Shown: positions 1 through 8,803 of the stretch, piece by piece
Layout of the letters: every line of letters starts with the position of its first letter
Numbering within the stretch: position 1 is the stretch's first letter
From: a virus
Lineage: Duplodnaviria > Caudoviricetes
IMG/VR virus record: IMGVR_UViG_3300025103_004218
Location: 1-36,171 of that record
DNA length: 36,171 nucleotides
Strand: one strand, 5' to 3'
Position numbers and translations under genes: made by a program
Notes under the pieces: generated by a model
Seen by the model: the letters and a program-made list of their open reading frames with translations, nothing else
Databases searched by the model: none
What the model was told of the DNA's origin: nothing

Positions 1-135
1 CGAAGGCGTAAACGTATGCGGTGTCGGTGATGGAGTTATCGAGGGCGTAAACGTATGCGGTGTCGGTGACATCGAAGGCGTAAACGTATGCGGTGTCGGT
101 GACATCGAAGGCGTAAACGTATGCGGTGTCGGTGA
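1..135. repeat. Coding tandem repeat, 33-bp unit (one 39-bp variant), encoding [11 protein letters not shown] on the minus strand
   Basis: CGA(A/G)GGCGTAAACGTATGCGGTGTCGGTGA starts at 1, 40, 73 and 106. The periods (39, 33, 33) are multiples of 3. Confidence 0.9.
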
Positions 136-1614
136 CTGCGTCGGTGAAGGGGTAGGCCCACAATAACAATCAGAATACTCTATTGGAGAACTACCTGTAA
201 TATGAGGTTCATTCCCACTAATGGTCTCACTCGCAAAACTTAATAATTTATAACATTTACCATTATCAGCTTTATAATAACCATTTATGTTAAGAGTAGC
301 ATAAGAAGTTACGAAGACCGTAAGGCCAGTATCACAATCTTCCGCACTGTAAATATAATTTCTATCAGGGTTAGTGGGAGATGGGGAGGCTGAAGGGGTT
401 GGAGTTGGAGTAGGCGTATGACAAATCTCAACATCTCCAATTTCGATAGTGCTAGGCCCAATACTCCGAGCTCTGATTACTTTGCCTGATCGCTCATCGT
501 AAAACCAACTTCTAGTAGTTGTATCAAGCGGAGGTAATGTTGTCCCTGTGCATAATTTAAAAAGGTCAGTGCCGACTGCTAAACCAAAAGCGGGATCAAA
601 CCAAACCCTAATAACTGAACCAACTTGAACGTCACAAGCAGCAGCAGCAGTTGCGCTACCGTTGTATACCGTCCCCCCAGCAAAAGTTGTGTTTACGTAA
701 ACAAGGTCTGCAAAATCACGACCACAATCCGTAGGGGAAGGACTAGGGGAAGGGCTAGGGGTTGACGTAGGTCCTTCAGTAGGCTCAGGGGTCTGATAAG
801 GGCTAGGGGAAGGACTTGGCTCAGGGCTAGGTTCAGGACTCGGCTCGGGGCTATGATCAGGTGGAGTAGGTTTGGGGGTATGATCGGATGGAGTAGGTGA
901 GGGACTAGGGCTATGATCGGATGGAGTAGGTGAAGGAGTCCCATAAAAGCTAGGCGTATTAGTCTGCTCAGATGGTGTTGGCGTATGCGGGGTTGGTGTT
1001 GGCGTAAAAAGAGTTGGTGTAAGAGAAGTGGGTGATGGTGAAAGTGTTGGTTCAATAGTGTAAGTAGGTGGTGGTGTTGGTGTTGGTGTAGAAGTTGGGG
1101 TTGGGGTTGGAGTAGCTTCACACTCATAATATGCTGTAATTTGAGCTCTATCCGCACCATTAAAAGTAAGATCAATACTGACCGCTAAAGGAATTCCGCC
1201 TACATTATCGGAAAGATAATACCAAGATTTATCAGAACCATGATAAAGAAGTTTTGAATCAGCCGCATCGTCATCGCCACAACAACAATCACCGTCAGCA
1301 GCAACAATTCTACATTCGTCTCCACCTCCATCAGTAAGGTCTACTTGTTCTGAGCTACAAAAAAGGTATAGAGCCTCGCCGTTATCAAATCTAGTTTTAA
1401 GGTCGGCGTTACTATCCGCAATACTCCAAACGGCACAATCTTCACAATAACCAGAACAATCGTTGCCACAATTGTTAAAAGTGATACCTGTAGCGGCCCC
1501 GCGATCACAGGCTTCATCATGATGATTATCACCCTCTAACCCCTTTTTACCTTCGCAATCGCCACCAGCAAATTCATGCCATTGAGAACCGAATAATTGG
1601 AATTGTCCTGCCAT
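1..1614 (-). CDS. Partial (3' end beyond window) Cys-rich multi-domain protein with long Pro/Thr/Ser linkers; probable virion surface or fibre protein
   Basis: Absent from the ORF track because it has no stop in the window. Translated by hand from ATG 1614 (AGGA upstream): [25 protein letters not shown]...[10 protein letters not shown]...[23 protein letters not shown]...[18 protein letters not shown]...[23 protein letters not shown]. Open for 538 codons to position 1. Confidence 0.85.
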   Translation of the reverse strand, partial: MAGQFQLFGSQWHEFAGGDCEGKKGLEGDNHHDEACDRGAATGITFNNCGNDCSGYCEDCAVWSIADSNADLKTRFDNGEALYLFCSSEQVDLTDGGGDECRIVAADGDCCCGDDDAADSKLLYHGSDKSWYYLSDNVGGIPLAVSIDLTFNGADRAQITAYYECEATPTPTPTSTPTPTPPPTYTIEPTLSPSPTSLTPTLFTPTPTPHTPTPSEQTNTPSFYGTPSPTPSDHSPSPSPTPSDHTPKPTPPDHSPEPSPEPSPEPSPSPSPYQTPEPTEGPTSTPSPSPSPSPTDCGRDFADLVYVNTTFAGGTVYNGSATAAAACDVQVGSVIRVWFDPAFGLAVGTDLFKLCTGTTLPPLDTTTRSWFYDERSGKVIRARSIGPSTIEIGDVEICHTPTPTPTPSASPSPTNPDRNYIYSAEDCDTGLTVFVTSYATLNINGYYKADNGKCYKLLSFASETISGNEPHITGSSPIEYSDCYCGPTPSPTQSPTPHTFTPSMSPTPHTFTPSMSPTPHTFTPSITPSPTPHTFTPS

Positions 1615-1658
1615 TTTTCCCTATAATAACCTACAGGGAAACATACACATTAAAAGGC

Positions 1659-2075
1659 TTAAATATTTAAGCCAAATTTATCTTTGAAGTACTTTTTTGA
1701 AAGTTTTTGAGCCTCAGAATCTAGGATTTGAACTACTGTAAAATTATTGCTTTCTAGCCAATTATGCTTAATATGATCCCTCTTGATTCCTTTTAAGTAA
1801 TTAAGGCGAGAATTTTGATGAAAAAATGGTACAAATTTATCATGTTGAGCACCGTTTACCTCTATCGCCACCTTTGTAGTGGCATTTAAGATGTCTACAT
1901 GCATCTTTGTTCCATAAACTGGAAATTCCTCAAAGACTACATGACCTAACCAATATTTTTTTAAAAATTGTTTGACGTTAAATTGAGCTTTAGAACGGGA
2001 TTTTCCATCCCAATTTATCAAATACCTATTAACGCTCCTGTTAACAAGTTTACCGTTAACATTATAGAGCCTCAT
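1659..2075 (-). CDS. PD-(D/E)xK endonuclease, DUF559/Vsr-like
   Basis: Pattern EEFPV...HVDI...AIEVNGAQH...RDHIKHNWLESNNFTVVQI, typical of DUF559/Vsr-like nucleases; overlaps the recA stop. Confidence 0.7.
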   Translation of the reverse strand: MRLYNVNGKLVNRSVNRYLINWDGKSRSKAQFNVKQFLKKYWLGHVVFEEFPVYGTKMHVDILNATTKVAIEVNGAQHDKFVPFFHQNSRLNYLKGIKRDHIKHNWLESNNFTVVQILDSEAQKLSKKYFKDKFGLNI

Positions 2076-3171
2076 TACTCAGTATGTCTTTAAATTTATT
2101 AAAAATAAATTCTACGGCCTCTGGTTTTTCTTCAAGGTATTTATGAAAAGCTTCTTGTCCTTGATGCTGTTTCTCAAATTCTATGCCATTACTCTTAAAA
2201 TCTTCAAGAGTTTCGTCAGTAACTGTAATCCAAGCTCCTTTAGCGGCTATCATGTCCCACATAAGCATCATGTCCATTACTTCTCTTTCAACCCAAATGC
2301 TTTTGCCCCCCACCATACCGTGCTTTATCGGGTACTCTACCAAAGAGCCAACTTTCTCATTAGGGGTTTTTCTGAAATAAATTTTACATTTATGCCCTAT
2401 CTCTACATCCTTGCCTTTTACTTTTTTGGTAAAGGTATCTCCCTTAAAAGACTTTTGGAACTCTAAAATCCAATCACTGTAATGAAGCGCAGCATTACCT
2501 CCGGAAGCATTCGTTAACTTTGGGTCAACTTTTTGATAAGGGTTAATTGTAACCGTGCTGCGAACCTGACTAATCATTAAACATATATGACCCTTTTTCA
2601 CAAAAGATAAAGCCATCTTTTGAAGAAATTGAGACGTAAGAAGAGCTCCTCCAGCAACCTTATTCGCTTCACCAAATTCTCTATTGCTATCCTCCTTTCT
2701 AATGAGTGCATCCATAGAATCTATAATGAACATATATCTTCTATCTTCATCATTTCGAAAAACTAAATTACGAATAAGTCCTATAGCACTTTCAAAAATG
2801 TTACTATCATAACAAAACCATTTTTTATCATCTTGGTGAACTCCAGACCTATCTAAAATTTCTTTAGATAATCTACCTTCTGATCTGATATAGACCACTT
2901 TAGATTTATCAACATTATCTTGAAAATTCTTAGCAAAAGAAAGAGCGCAAGAAGTTTTCCCTGCTCCAGAAGCTCCAGACAACCTTACAATACCGGGCCT
3001 AATTCCCCCACCCATTTCAAGGTCTAAAATTAAACTGCCACTAGATACCAAATAGTCGTGATCATCTTCGTAGTTATAGTGATCCTCTTTATTTTGATCT
3101 AAATAGGATTGAATTTGGTCTTCTGACGAAAGACCACTCTCCGCATCGTTAACTTTCTTCTTTCTTGGCAT
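2062..3171 (-). CDS. recA: RecA/UvsX-like recombinase
   Basis: SSGSLILDLEMGGG, Walker A GASGAGKTS, Walker B FIIDS, ISQVR and loop ASGGNAALHYS. Confidence 0.9.
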   Translation of the reverse strand: MPRKKKVNDAESGLSSEDQIQSYLDQNKEDHYNYEDDHDYLVSSGSLILDLEMGGGIRPGIVRLSGASGAGKTSCALSFAKNFQDNVDKSKVVYIRSEGRLSKEILDRSGVHQDDKKWFCYDSNIFESAIGLIRNLVFRNDEDRRYMFIIDSMDALIRKEDSNREFGEANKVAGGALLTSQFLQKMALSFVKKGHICLMISQVRSTVTINPYQKVDPKLTNASGGNAALHYSDWILEFQKSFKGDTFTKKVKGKDVEIGHKCKIYFRKTPNEKVGSLVEYPIKHGMVGGKSIWVEREVMDMMLMWDMIAAKGAWITVTDETLEDFKSNGIEFEKQHQGQEAFHKYLEEKPEAVEFIFNKFKDILSNEAL

Positions 3172-4369
3172 ATGAATCCAAGTCGAAGCGTACCATCTTT
3201 TTTACCAACTGGTCAAACGTAATTTTTGGTTTCCACCCTAATTCCTTCCTAATTAATGAAGAGTCCCCCATTAAAACATCAACTTCTGCTGGTCTGTAAA
3301 AATCAGAGTTAATAGTCACAAGTGGAGTATAGTGATCATCTCCCATTGCGAATACTGTATTGCAAGGCTGACCTGAAGTTTCTATCCAGCTACCATATAT
3401 TCCAGCCTCTCTGAAGGCTATTTCAACAAACTCTTTTATAGAATGAGTTTCTCCACTAGCTAATATATAATCTTTAAGATTTTCCATAACTATTTCTTCG
3501 GAAATTCCTTCTACATCTGAACCGCCCAAAGCACAACCTCCATTTTTTAGCAGTCCCCAACGCTCTTCAAATTCATCATTAAATTTTTGAGTCTTTTCAA
3601 TAAATTCATCCTGATGAAGCATCATCCAAACCCCTTCGACAAAATCTTCGCTATCACTCCAATCTCTTTTAGCATATATATTGCCTAGCTCAATTGGATC
3701 AAAGGCTTCTATTTTAATCATGGTGTCTAAATGATTTTTTATCCTAGCTACCCCTTTTGAAATTTTTCTAGTTACAAATTCTTCACCCCTTTTTACTCCT
3801 TCGTGATTAAATAATACTCCATGAACCGCATACATTTTATATGATTCACGATATACTTTTACTATATGATGCGCCGAGCACTTTGAAGCTCCGTATGGGC
3901 TACGAGGCTTCATGGGGTGATCCATGTCTTGAGGGGAATAATCAATGTCGCCAAACTCTTCACTACTTCCAGCACTATAAAATCTACATTTAAGACTATA
4001 TTTTCTTAGAGCCTCTAAACATCTTATAATTCCGAGAGTATTAACATCAAAAACTTGCATAGGCATGTCCCAGCTACAACCCACAAAAGAATTAGCAGCA
4101 AAATTAATAAAATAGTCAGGTTTAATTTTTTTAACTAATTCATTAATGCTAACCTCGTCAGTCAAATCCCCATAAACAAACTCAAAATTTTCATGACTCT
4201 TAAACTCTTTAGTATTAATAAAATTTGGATTGGCACTCCTCCGCATCACTCCGTAAACTTTAATATTAGGTTCATGGCTTAGTAAGTATTCGGCCATGTT
4301 GGCTCCATCTTGGCCAAGGATACCTGTTATAATTACGCTCTTGTACCTACTGTGATTCTGAACTTTCAT
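3149..4369 (-). CDS. gmd: GDP-mannose 4,6-dehydratase
   Basis: ITGILGQDG, GDLTD, SSEEFG, PRSPYGASK, LFNHE...RGEEFVTRKI, KRDW, FYRPAEVDVLMGD and ELGWKP. Confidence 0.92.
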   Translation of the reverse strand: MKVQNHSRYKSVIITGILGQDGANMAEYLLSHEPNIKVYGVMRRSANPNFINTKEFKSHENFEFVYGDLTDEVSINELVKKIKPDYFINFAANSFVGCSWDMPMQVFDVNTLGIIRCLEALRKYSLKCRFYSAGSSEEFGDIDYSPQDMDHPMKPRSPYGASKCSAHHIVKVYRESYKMYAVHGVLFNHEGVKRGEEFVTRKISKGVARIKNHLDTMIKIEAFDPIELGNIYAKRDWSDSEDFVEGVWMMLHQDEFIEKTQKFNDEFEERWGLLKNGGCALGGSDVEGISEEIVMENLKDYILASGETHSIKEFVEIAFREAGIYGSWIETSGQPCNTVFAMGDDHYTPLVTINSDFYRPAEVDVLMGDSSLIRKELGWKPKITFDQLVKKMVRFDLDSYAKKEES

Positions 4370-5492
4370 TTAAAATTTTAACCCTCTCATTAAACTTCTC
4401 AAAAGGAATATCATCATAAGATAATGATTTATTATACTGAAGCCAGTAATCTCTATGCTGCTCCTTATTTCCCTCCATCTCTCGTTCAGCCATGATAGAC
4501 GCAACAGAAGCGATAGGGAAAGCTGTAGCTTTCTGCATTGCTGAAAATTTTTTATCAGACTTAATTACTTTTTCTTTTCTCCAAGTTTTGTCTCCACCTT
4601 TCACTTCCGCCACTATAAACACTTCATCCTTCTCCGCTTTTCCACACCCCTTAAGAAAAATTTGATTTAAAGTATCGTCATCAAGATTACAGTCCCTGAT
4701 TAAAAATCTAACCATGTCTCCGTGCCCTTTATATCTTATAGTTTTATAAGAGCAATTTTTAACTCCTTTAGTCCTCATGGATTCGATTGAGTGTGACGCG
4801 CCGCCACTCGTATAAAAAGCTTCCATTTTGCCAAAATTTTGACCCTCTATTTCTTCCACGCCGTCCATACCTCTTACAGTTTTTACCTGTCCATTTTCAA
4901 GAATGAGACAGTCATCTCTATACTCATTAATAAGACCATCAACAGACCAAGTGACAGCGTAGCGTAAAGGGTTTTTAACGCTTTCTGAATAATCAGGCAA
5001 ACCCCCGACCATCATTTTCACGCTTTCAGCTTTCCCGTGAAGCTCTTTACATCCTTGTTCAACTAAAATATTTACCCAACCGGGAGCTAAACCCAAGTCA
5101 GTAAAAACTGGTTTAGTTGCAAACTGCATCGCGTGTTCATTAATACTTTTAGAAACATCAACTCTCCCTCCTAAGTCGCAATAACGAACTTCGTTTTCTA
5201 CACACCACTTTCCTAAAATTTCTGTTTGATGGTAGGGCAGACTGCTAATAACAACATCTGGTCTAGGGCCATTTACTACTATTCCTTCACAAATATCTTC
5301 CGCATCCTTAACGATAAAAAAATCATTTCTAGGAGTTTCGCCGTCTACAAGGTTTACCTTAAATGGCATATTTTTTGCCGCTTCCGGATTGGTGTCCATC
5401 CCGGTAACCTGAAACCCTAGTTTATCCATTGCCCAAGAGATAGCCGTCCCCATTCTTCCTACTCCTGCTACAATTACTCTAGGCGAACTCAT
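4347..5492 (-). CDS. Saccharopine dehydrogenase / lysine 6-dehydrogenase family oxidoreductase
   Basis: Rossmann VAGVGRMG, SSLPY, YCDLGG, DLGLAPG, MVGGLP, YAVTWSVDGLINEY, EAFYTSGG, YKTIRYKGH and SAMQKATAFP. Confidence 0.85.
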   Translation of the reverse strand: MSSPRVIVAGVGRMGTAISWAMDKLGFQVTGMDTNPEAAKNMPFKVNLVDGETPRNDFFIVKDAEDICEGIVVNGPRPDVVISSLPYHQTEILGKWCVENEVRYCDLGGRVDVSKSINEHAMQFATKPVFTDLGLAPGWVNILVEQGCKELHGKAESVKMMVGGLPDYSESVKNPLRYAVTWSVDGLINEYRDDCLILENGQVKTVRGMDGVEEIEGQNFGKMEAFYTSGGASHSIESMRTKGVKNCSYKTIRYKGHGDMVRFLIRDCNLDDDTLNQIFLKGCGKAEKDEVFIVAEVKGGDKTWRKEKVIKSDKKFSAMQKATAFPIASVASIMAEREMEGNKEQHRDYWLQYNKSLSYDDIPFEKFNERVKILNESSESQ

Positions 5493-5845
5493 GATTTATA
5501 AGAAAGTTTAATTAAATTATCTCCAAAAAATTCAGTAGTATAATTAATAACATGTGAATCTTCAAAAGGCTTACAGGTATAAATATCTATAGAGAAAAAT
5601 GGGGGCTTCCTATCATCCCAAGCATAAATGTGCATACCGCTCTCTTTCCAATGAGTATAAGCGCACCAGCCATAATTAGGGTCATGGTTGCATACTGGTG
5701 AAGTCACCGCTGTCATATTTAAAACCTCTGTAATCTCGTGACAATAACGGGTCATATCTTCCGCTTTAAAAGGGTTATGCAAAGTGCCTTCTACTATCAT
5801 TCTTTGCCTAAATATATCAGGAGCTAAATCCTCGTACTCTTTCAT
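5489..5845 (-). CDS. Pyruvoyl-dependent S-adenosylmethionine decarboxylase (SpeD/SpeH)-like proenzyme
   Basis: WKESGMHIYAW...SIDIYTCKPF resembles the class 1 AdoMetDC motif ES(H)xxxHTWPE...xDxFTC with its E|S self-cleavage site. I prefer ATG 5845 (MKEYEDLAPDIF) over the track start at 5908, which overlaps the upstream gene. Confidence 0.7.
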   Translation of the reverse strand: MKEYEDLAPDIFRQRMIVEGTLHNPFKAEDMTRYCHEITEVLNMTAVTSPVCNHDPNYGWCAYTHWKESGMHIYAWDDRKPPFFSIDIYTCKPFEDSHVINYTTEFFGDNLIKLSYKS

Positions 5846-5876
5846 AAAATAATCCTCTCTCCACTTAAGCCAATTT

Positions 5877-6293
5877 TTATAACTCTTCAATCCTCTTAGC
5901 TTTGTCATCGATTACCAAATCACAAGCTGGTTTAATATACTTACCTTTAGAGCCGGTAGATAGATCGTGAAATTTACATCCCCAATCTTCTAGCTGCTTC
6001 CAAGTAAATTCATAGTAACATTTTCCAAGAGAGATAGACTTCTGGGAGCCCCCTCTTGCCGTCCAGTAAACAACGTACCAGCCTTCGTCATACAGCTTAT
6101 TTATTTTCGCTATATTATCTTTGTCGGGAACAGCTAAATTATATTGCCTTTTATCAGGATAAAAACAAATAGTCTCATCAACGTCCACAAGCACAACTTT
6201 TCGATCATCCGATGAAAACTTCTTGGACTCATGAAATTTCATATCTCTGGCTAATTGTTTGTACTGCGCTGCTTCTGGATGTTGCTCTTTCAT
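5877..6293 (-). CDS. Small HAD-superfamily phosphatase (capless, capsule-phosphatase-like)
   Basis: Motif I VDVDETI, motif II YWTARG, motifs III/IV KP...LVIDDKA. Confidence 0.8.
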   Translation of the reverse strand: MKEQHPEAAQYKQLARDMKFHESKKFSSDDRKVVLVDVDETICFYPDKRQYNLAVPDKDNIAKINKLYDEGWYVVYWTARGGSQKSISLGKCYYEFTWKQLEDWGCKFHDLSTGSKGKYIKPACDLVIDDKAKRIEEL

Positions 6294-6295
6294 TT

Positions 6296-7054
6296 CTATT
6301 TTTTTCTTCTTGAGGTTTTGTTCTTCGAAACTCTTTTCTTCACTGAAACTTTAGGTTTTGATTCTGGTAGAACTGCTCTTATCTCATCAACAAGATGCAA
6401 CTCCAAGGCTTCGTCTGCGCTAATCCACCAATCTTTTCTATCCCAATTTCTTTTAATTTTTTGTTTAGTAAGTTTAGACCGAGTGGTAAAGATATCTAAA
6501 ATTCTTTCCTCTATCCTTTTTACAAACTCAACTTCATCTTCAACTTCGTAAGTCTTACCAAAAGCCCCAAAGGCAGCACGATGAATCATAACCCAAGCTT
6601 GGCCTCCGACCCAACGGGTATCACCGGCTTGTAGAAGTATACCTGCCATAGAAGCCGCCATTCCCAAAGTACCGGTAGTTATATGATGCCCTTGACTTCT
6701 TAAATTCTGTATAAAATCAAACAATTCAAACCCATCAATAATGCTGCCTCCGGGTGAAGAAAAGATAATCTCAATATCACATTTTGGATCAAGCCTAGAC
6801 CATTCAGTAAGCTTTTTCATGCATCCGCTAACTGTTGATCTAGATACTTCTCCAGAAAATCTATACAAGTGGTTTTCCTCATCAGTAGCTTTATCCCTCT
6901 CTCTTTTTCTATATGCTGCTCTGGCATCAATTTCAGCTTTTAATGCGTCAGCTTCAGCTTTTCTAGTTTCAGCATTTATTTTACTGGTTTCAGCTACAGT
7001 TTTAGCGACTATAGCGTCAATCTCTTCTTTTGTTCTGATATCTTCTTCACTCAT
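6296..7054 (-). CDS. clpP: ClpP-family serine protease with N-terminal helical extension
   Basis: SSPGGSIIDG, GMAASMAGILL (catalytic Ser), MIHR (His) and DWWISADEALELHLVDEI (Asp). Confidence 0.85.
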   Translation of the reverse strand: MSEEDIRTKEEIDAIVAKTVAETSKINAETRKAEADALKAEIDARAAYRKRERDKATDEENHLYRFSGEVSRSTVSGCMKKLTEWSRLDPKCDIEIIFSSPGGSIIDGFELFDFIQNLRSQGHHITTGTLGMAASMAGILLQAGDTRWVGGQAWVMIHRAAFGAFGKTYEVEDEVEFVKRIEERILDIFTTRSKLTKQKIKRNWDRKDWWISADEALELHLVDEIRAVLPESKPKVSVKKRVSKNKTSRRKK

Positions 7055-7055
7055 T

Positions 7056-8588
7056 TTACTTCATTCCCTGTGGAAAAGTTAGTCTGTCAGCATGATTTAC
7101 TGTCCAGCTAATTTCGTGTGTTACCGCCCTAAAGGTTCTGGCAGCACTAGGAAATCCGTTGCCAGATTTCTTAACGCCACCAAAAGCTAAATGTGATTCG
7201 GCGGCAATAGAGCCTCCATTCCAATATATCATTCCTGCATCACATTCATCCCTCATTACTCTAGCCTTTCTAAAATCGTTTGTTAAAACGCCTACTGCAA
7301 GTCCATATTCTGTATCATTATAAATGCGAATTGCATCTTCCATAGTATCAAAGGGAACAATAGCTACATGTGGACCAAAAACTTCATTTCTAAGGTAAGG
7401 GGCGTGTACCCCTCTCCACTCAGACTTATATACCATAGGGGTAGAAAAAAACGCTCTTTCGTTCACGTTACTATATCTGGGGGCTAATAGAACTTCTGCC
7501 TCTTTATCATCTAAAACATAATTATTATATTTTTTAATCTTATCAAACCCTTGCTTATTTATGATTGGTCCATAATCAATAGATTCATCTGGGCGATAAT
7601 CTTCCCAACAGATGGCATCAGGAGTCCCTGTAGAACCGAGGACTTTTTGAAGTGGATTCCCGGTTTTAAATTCTGAAGCTTTTTCTGTAAAACGTTTGGC
7701 AAATTCATCAACTATTGTTCGTTGAACAATCATTCGCCCGGAAGAGACGCATCTTTGACCGGAAAGTTTAAACGCACTTGCTATTGAAGCTTCTATAGCT
7801 AAATCCATTTCTACATCATCAAAAATAATACATGCAGATTTACTTCCCATCTCACAAGAAGTGGTTTTATGCCAACTTTCTGCCGCCACTTTTCTTATGT
7901 GCTGCCCCACTTCGGCAGAACCAGTAAAACAAATATGATCAACGTCAGAATGAGCCAATAAATTACCAGTAAGACCGCACCCATGCACCACATTAATGAC
8001 CCCACGAGGCAGACCAGCTTCCTCATAGATTCGCATAGCCATTTGAGTTGACATCGGAGCGTCTTCACTTGGTTTAATTACAATAGTATTTCCTTCAACA
8101 ATAGCTGGAGCAGCGTTCCAGAACATTCCTATAGCTAGAGGAAAGTTAAAAGGTGTTATTATAGCTATTACACCTTTTGGCTTCCTAAGCATGTAAGAAT
8201 CTTTATCTTCAATCTCTGAAGCTACAGCTTCGCCGTGGCTGTATCGACCAGAACCAAAAGCAAACTGAGCCATATGTAGAGCTTCATTAACCTCCGCTAC
8301 GCTTTCGTTATAATTTTTCCCAGTTTCTAAAGAGATAGCTGTGGCTAATTTTTCCCGATCCCTTTCTATTAACTGAGCCACCTTGTTCATGTAATCGGAG
8401 CGAACAAATCTGCTTACCTTTTTCCATTTATGAAAAGTTTCACGCGCAGAGCTAACAGCTAATTCAACTTCTTTTGGGCCACTCTTCGGAAACGTACCGA
8501 GAGCTTTTCCTGTGGATGGGTTTAGCTTACTGTACATATCTTCAGTAGCTCTCCACTCCCCATTAATATAATTTCTACCTTCCCACAT
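7056..8588 (-). CDS. NAD(P)-dependent aldehyde dehydrogenase
   Basis: ITPFNFP, KPSE, FTGSAEVG, catalytic Glu in CEMGSK, catalytic Cys in GQRCVS, EVFGP, YGL and FGGVKKSG. Confidence 0.93.
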   Translation of the reverse strand: MWEGRNYINGEWRATEDMYSKLNPSTGKALGTFPKSGPKEVELAVSSARETFHKWKKVSRFVRSDYMNKVAQLIERDREKLATAISLETGKNYNESVAEVNEALHMAQFAFGSGRYSHGEAVASEIEDKDSYMLRKPKGVIAIITPFNFPLAIGMFWNAAPAIVEGNTIVIKPSEDAPMSTQMAMRIYEEAGLPRGVINVVHGCGLTGNLLAHSDVDHICFTGSAEVGQHIRKVAAESWHKTTSCEMGSKSACIIFDDVEMDLAIEASIASAFKLSGQRCVSSGRMIVQRTIVDEFAKRFTEKASEFKTGNPLQKVLGSTGTPDAICWEDYRPDESIDYGPIINKQGFDKIKKYNNYVLDDKEAEVLLAPRYSNVNERAFFSTPMVYKSEWRGVHAPYLRNEVFGPHVAIVPFDTMEDAIRIYNDTEYGLAVGVLTNDFRKARVMRDECDAGMIYWNGGSIAAESHLAFGGVKKSGNGFPSAARTFRAVTHEISWTVNHADRLTFPQGMK

Positions 8589-8590
8589 AA

Positions 8591-8803
8591 TTACTTACCT
8601 CTAAGTTTGTTGTAAAGTGTTCTAATAACGCTTTTCTTTCTTTTAAACTTAGGCCCTTGGTGGGGATAATAGCCCTCCTTTTGCCTTCTCTCGTACTCCT
8701 TTTTTTCCCACTCTAAATCCTTCTCCCATTTCTTCCTCTCTTCGGGGGATAAGTGTCTAGGTATAGGAGACCTAAAATCATTGTATGGATTATCTTTACT
8801 CAT
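8591..8803 (-). CDS. Small basic hypothetical protein
   Basis: 70 aa ORF coupled to the upstream gene by an ATGA-type overlap and ending 2 nt before the ALDH start. Confidence 0.6.
   Translation of the reverse strand: MSKDNPYNDFRSPIPRHLSPEERKKWEKDLEWEKKEYERRQKEGYYPHQGPKFKRKKSVIRTLYNKLRGK

Noticed and set aside
1-135. ~30-bp direct repeats resembling a CRISPR array
   Set aside because: The gaps are only 3-9 nt, the periods are multiples of 3, and the repeats encode [10 protein letters not shown] within an open frame; no cas genes are present.
693-1532. Track ORFs 693..1175 (His/Leu/Gln-rich) and 1341..1532
   Set aside because: They are alternative-frame shadows of the Pro/Thr-rich CDS 1614..<1.
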